From NCBI RefSeq assembly GCF_006345805.1, contig NC_042997.1:16058001-16122000 (forward strand): a stretch of DNA of 64,000 bases, read 5' to 3'. The position numbers were made by a program, and so were the translations under genes. A model generated the notes under the pieces. It did no database searches. It saw only the letters and a program-made list of their open reading frames with translations, and was not told where the DNA came from. The DNA comes from Octopus sinensis (Eukaryota). Below are positions 62,844 through 64,000 of the stretch, piece by piece; within the stretch, counting starts at the first letter, position 1; every line of letters starts with the position of its first letter.

Positions 62844-64000
62844 GATGCTGTTGACATCGTTTTACTGGACTTTGCCAAAGCTTTTGACTCGGTAAACCAC
62901 CGCCTATTGCTTGTCAAGCTTCAAGCATATAGTTTCCATCCGGATATTGTACGATGGGTTGGTGCCTTCCTCTCAGATCGCTCCTTCCAAGTCCAAGTTA
63001 ATGGTTCGCGGTCCGACGTCTCCAGTGCGAGCAGTGGCGTGCCTCAAGGTTCAGTGCTTGGGCCCTTGTTGTTCTTAGTCTTCATAAATGACTTGCCCGA
63101 CGACCTCACGCAACACACCCCCTTCTATTTGCCGACGATATCAAACTGGTCGCTCCTCGCGGTAATATAGAGGATCTTCGTCGATGCCTCCACCAAATTG
63201 GAAGTGGTCTAACAATTGGGACCTGTGTCTGAACGTGTCAAAGTGCTGTCATCTGCCTGTCGGCTCTACTCCTGCAACTCAACTTGATTTCGAGCCGGTC
63301 GTCTGCTGCTGGAGAGGACCGATCAGGTAAAGGACCTAGGTATCTTGGTGGATTCCTCCTTTTCGCCTTCGGCCCAGTGCGTCCATGCTGCCAACAAAGC
63401 ACGCGGAATTCTGTTCTTGATTCGACGGTCATCGGAATGCTCACAGCAGCCATATTCCTACCACTCTATGTCACGCTGGTGAGACCCATATTGGAGTATG
63501 AGATTCAAGCCTCTTCTCCTTATCTCCTCAAAAACATTTAGCATCTCGAAAGAGTCCAGAAGCTGGCTGCCCGCATGGTTCATGGTCTCAAAAGTTTGTC
63601 CTACGAAGAAAGGCTGAGGACGCTCGACCTTTATTCTCTAGAAAAACGCCGCCGCCGTGGTGATCTCATTCTTGCCCACAACATCATAAGCGGAAAGTGT
63701 AACCTCTCGAATGAGCTGTTCTTCACTCCTGCTCCAGAGCGTCGGCTGCGGGGTCAGAGCTCTACCTGCGACGATTTCATCTCAATCGAAGGAGAGGAGC
63801 TTTCTCCGTCCGGGTTGCGGATCCGTGGAACAAGCTGCCAGACGAGATGGTGAAGATGCCGACGACCGCTTTGTTCAAAGCCTCCCTTGACCTCTCATTT
63901 GCCTGAACTCTTTACATGAACACCACCCTGTACTTAACTCCATGTCCCCCTACATGGCCTTGCTATTTGCTTTTGAGCCAAATTAACTAACTAACTAACT
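62844..64000 (+). mobile_element. 5'-truncated CR1-clade LINE (RT domain to 3' end)
   Basis: LDFAKAFDSVNHRLLLVKL..SGVPQGSVLGPLLFLVFINDLP..LFADDIKL..LYVTLVRPILEY..LSYEERLRTLDLYSLEKRRRRGDLI; (AACT)n tail. Confidence 0.92.

Overview
Eukaryotic, AT-rich, extremely repeat-dense DNA, most consistent with an Octopus (coleoid cephalopod) intronic or intergenic region. The taxon is inferred from the tRNA-derived SINE families, not from a database search. No intact protein-coding gene is supported; nearly all ORF-track entries are translated microsatellites or SINE/LINE debris. The window holds four tRNA-derived SINE families (A-D here), decayed non-LTR retrotransposons of at least six kinds (RTE, CR1-like, L1/Tx1, R4/Dong-like, HERO-like and Penelope-like GIY-YIG), mariner and Tc2-like DNA-transposon remnants, micro/minisatellites and a 100-N gap (51260-51359). 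The most notable signal is about 19 complete, degenerate or half type-I hammerhead ribozyme (HHR) motifs from several families, mostly in Penelope-like element (PLE) ends abutting (TA)n or (AGAT)n. Two keep a fully canonical core (11844-11926, 48035-48161). One family carries a fixed A6U core change and is physically linked to a GIY-YIG endonuclease remnant. Several sit in fold-back or inverted structures. Other notable items are a 184-bp SINE concatemer, a 153-bp near-perfect hairpin, microsatellite-associated LINE insertions and a duplicated exon-like segment. All RNA structures were read by eye and none has been folded computationally or tested.
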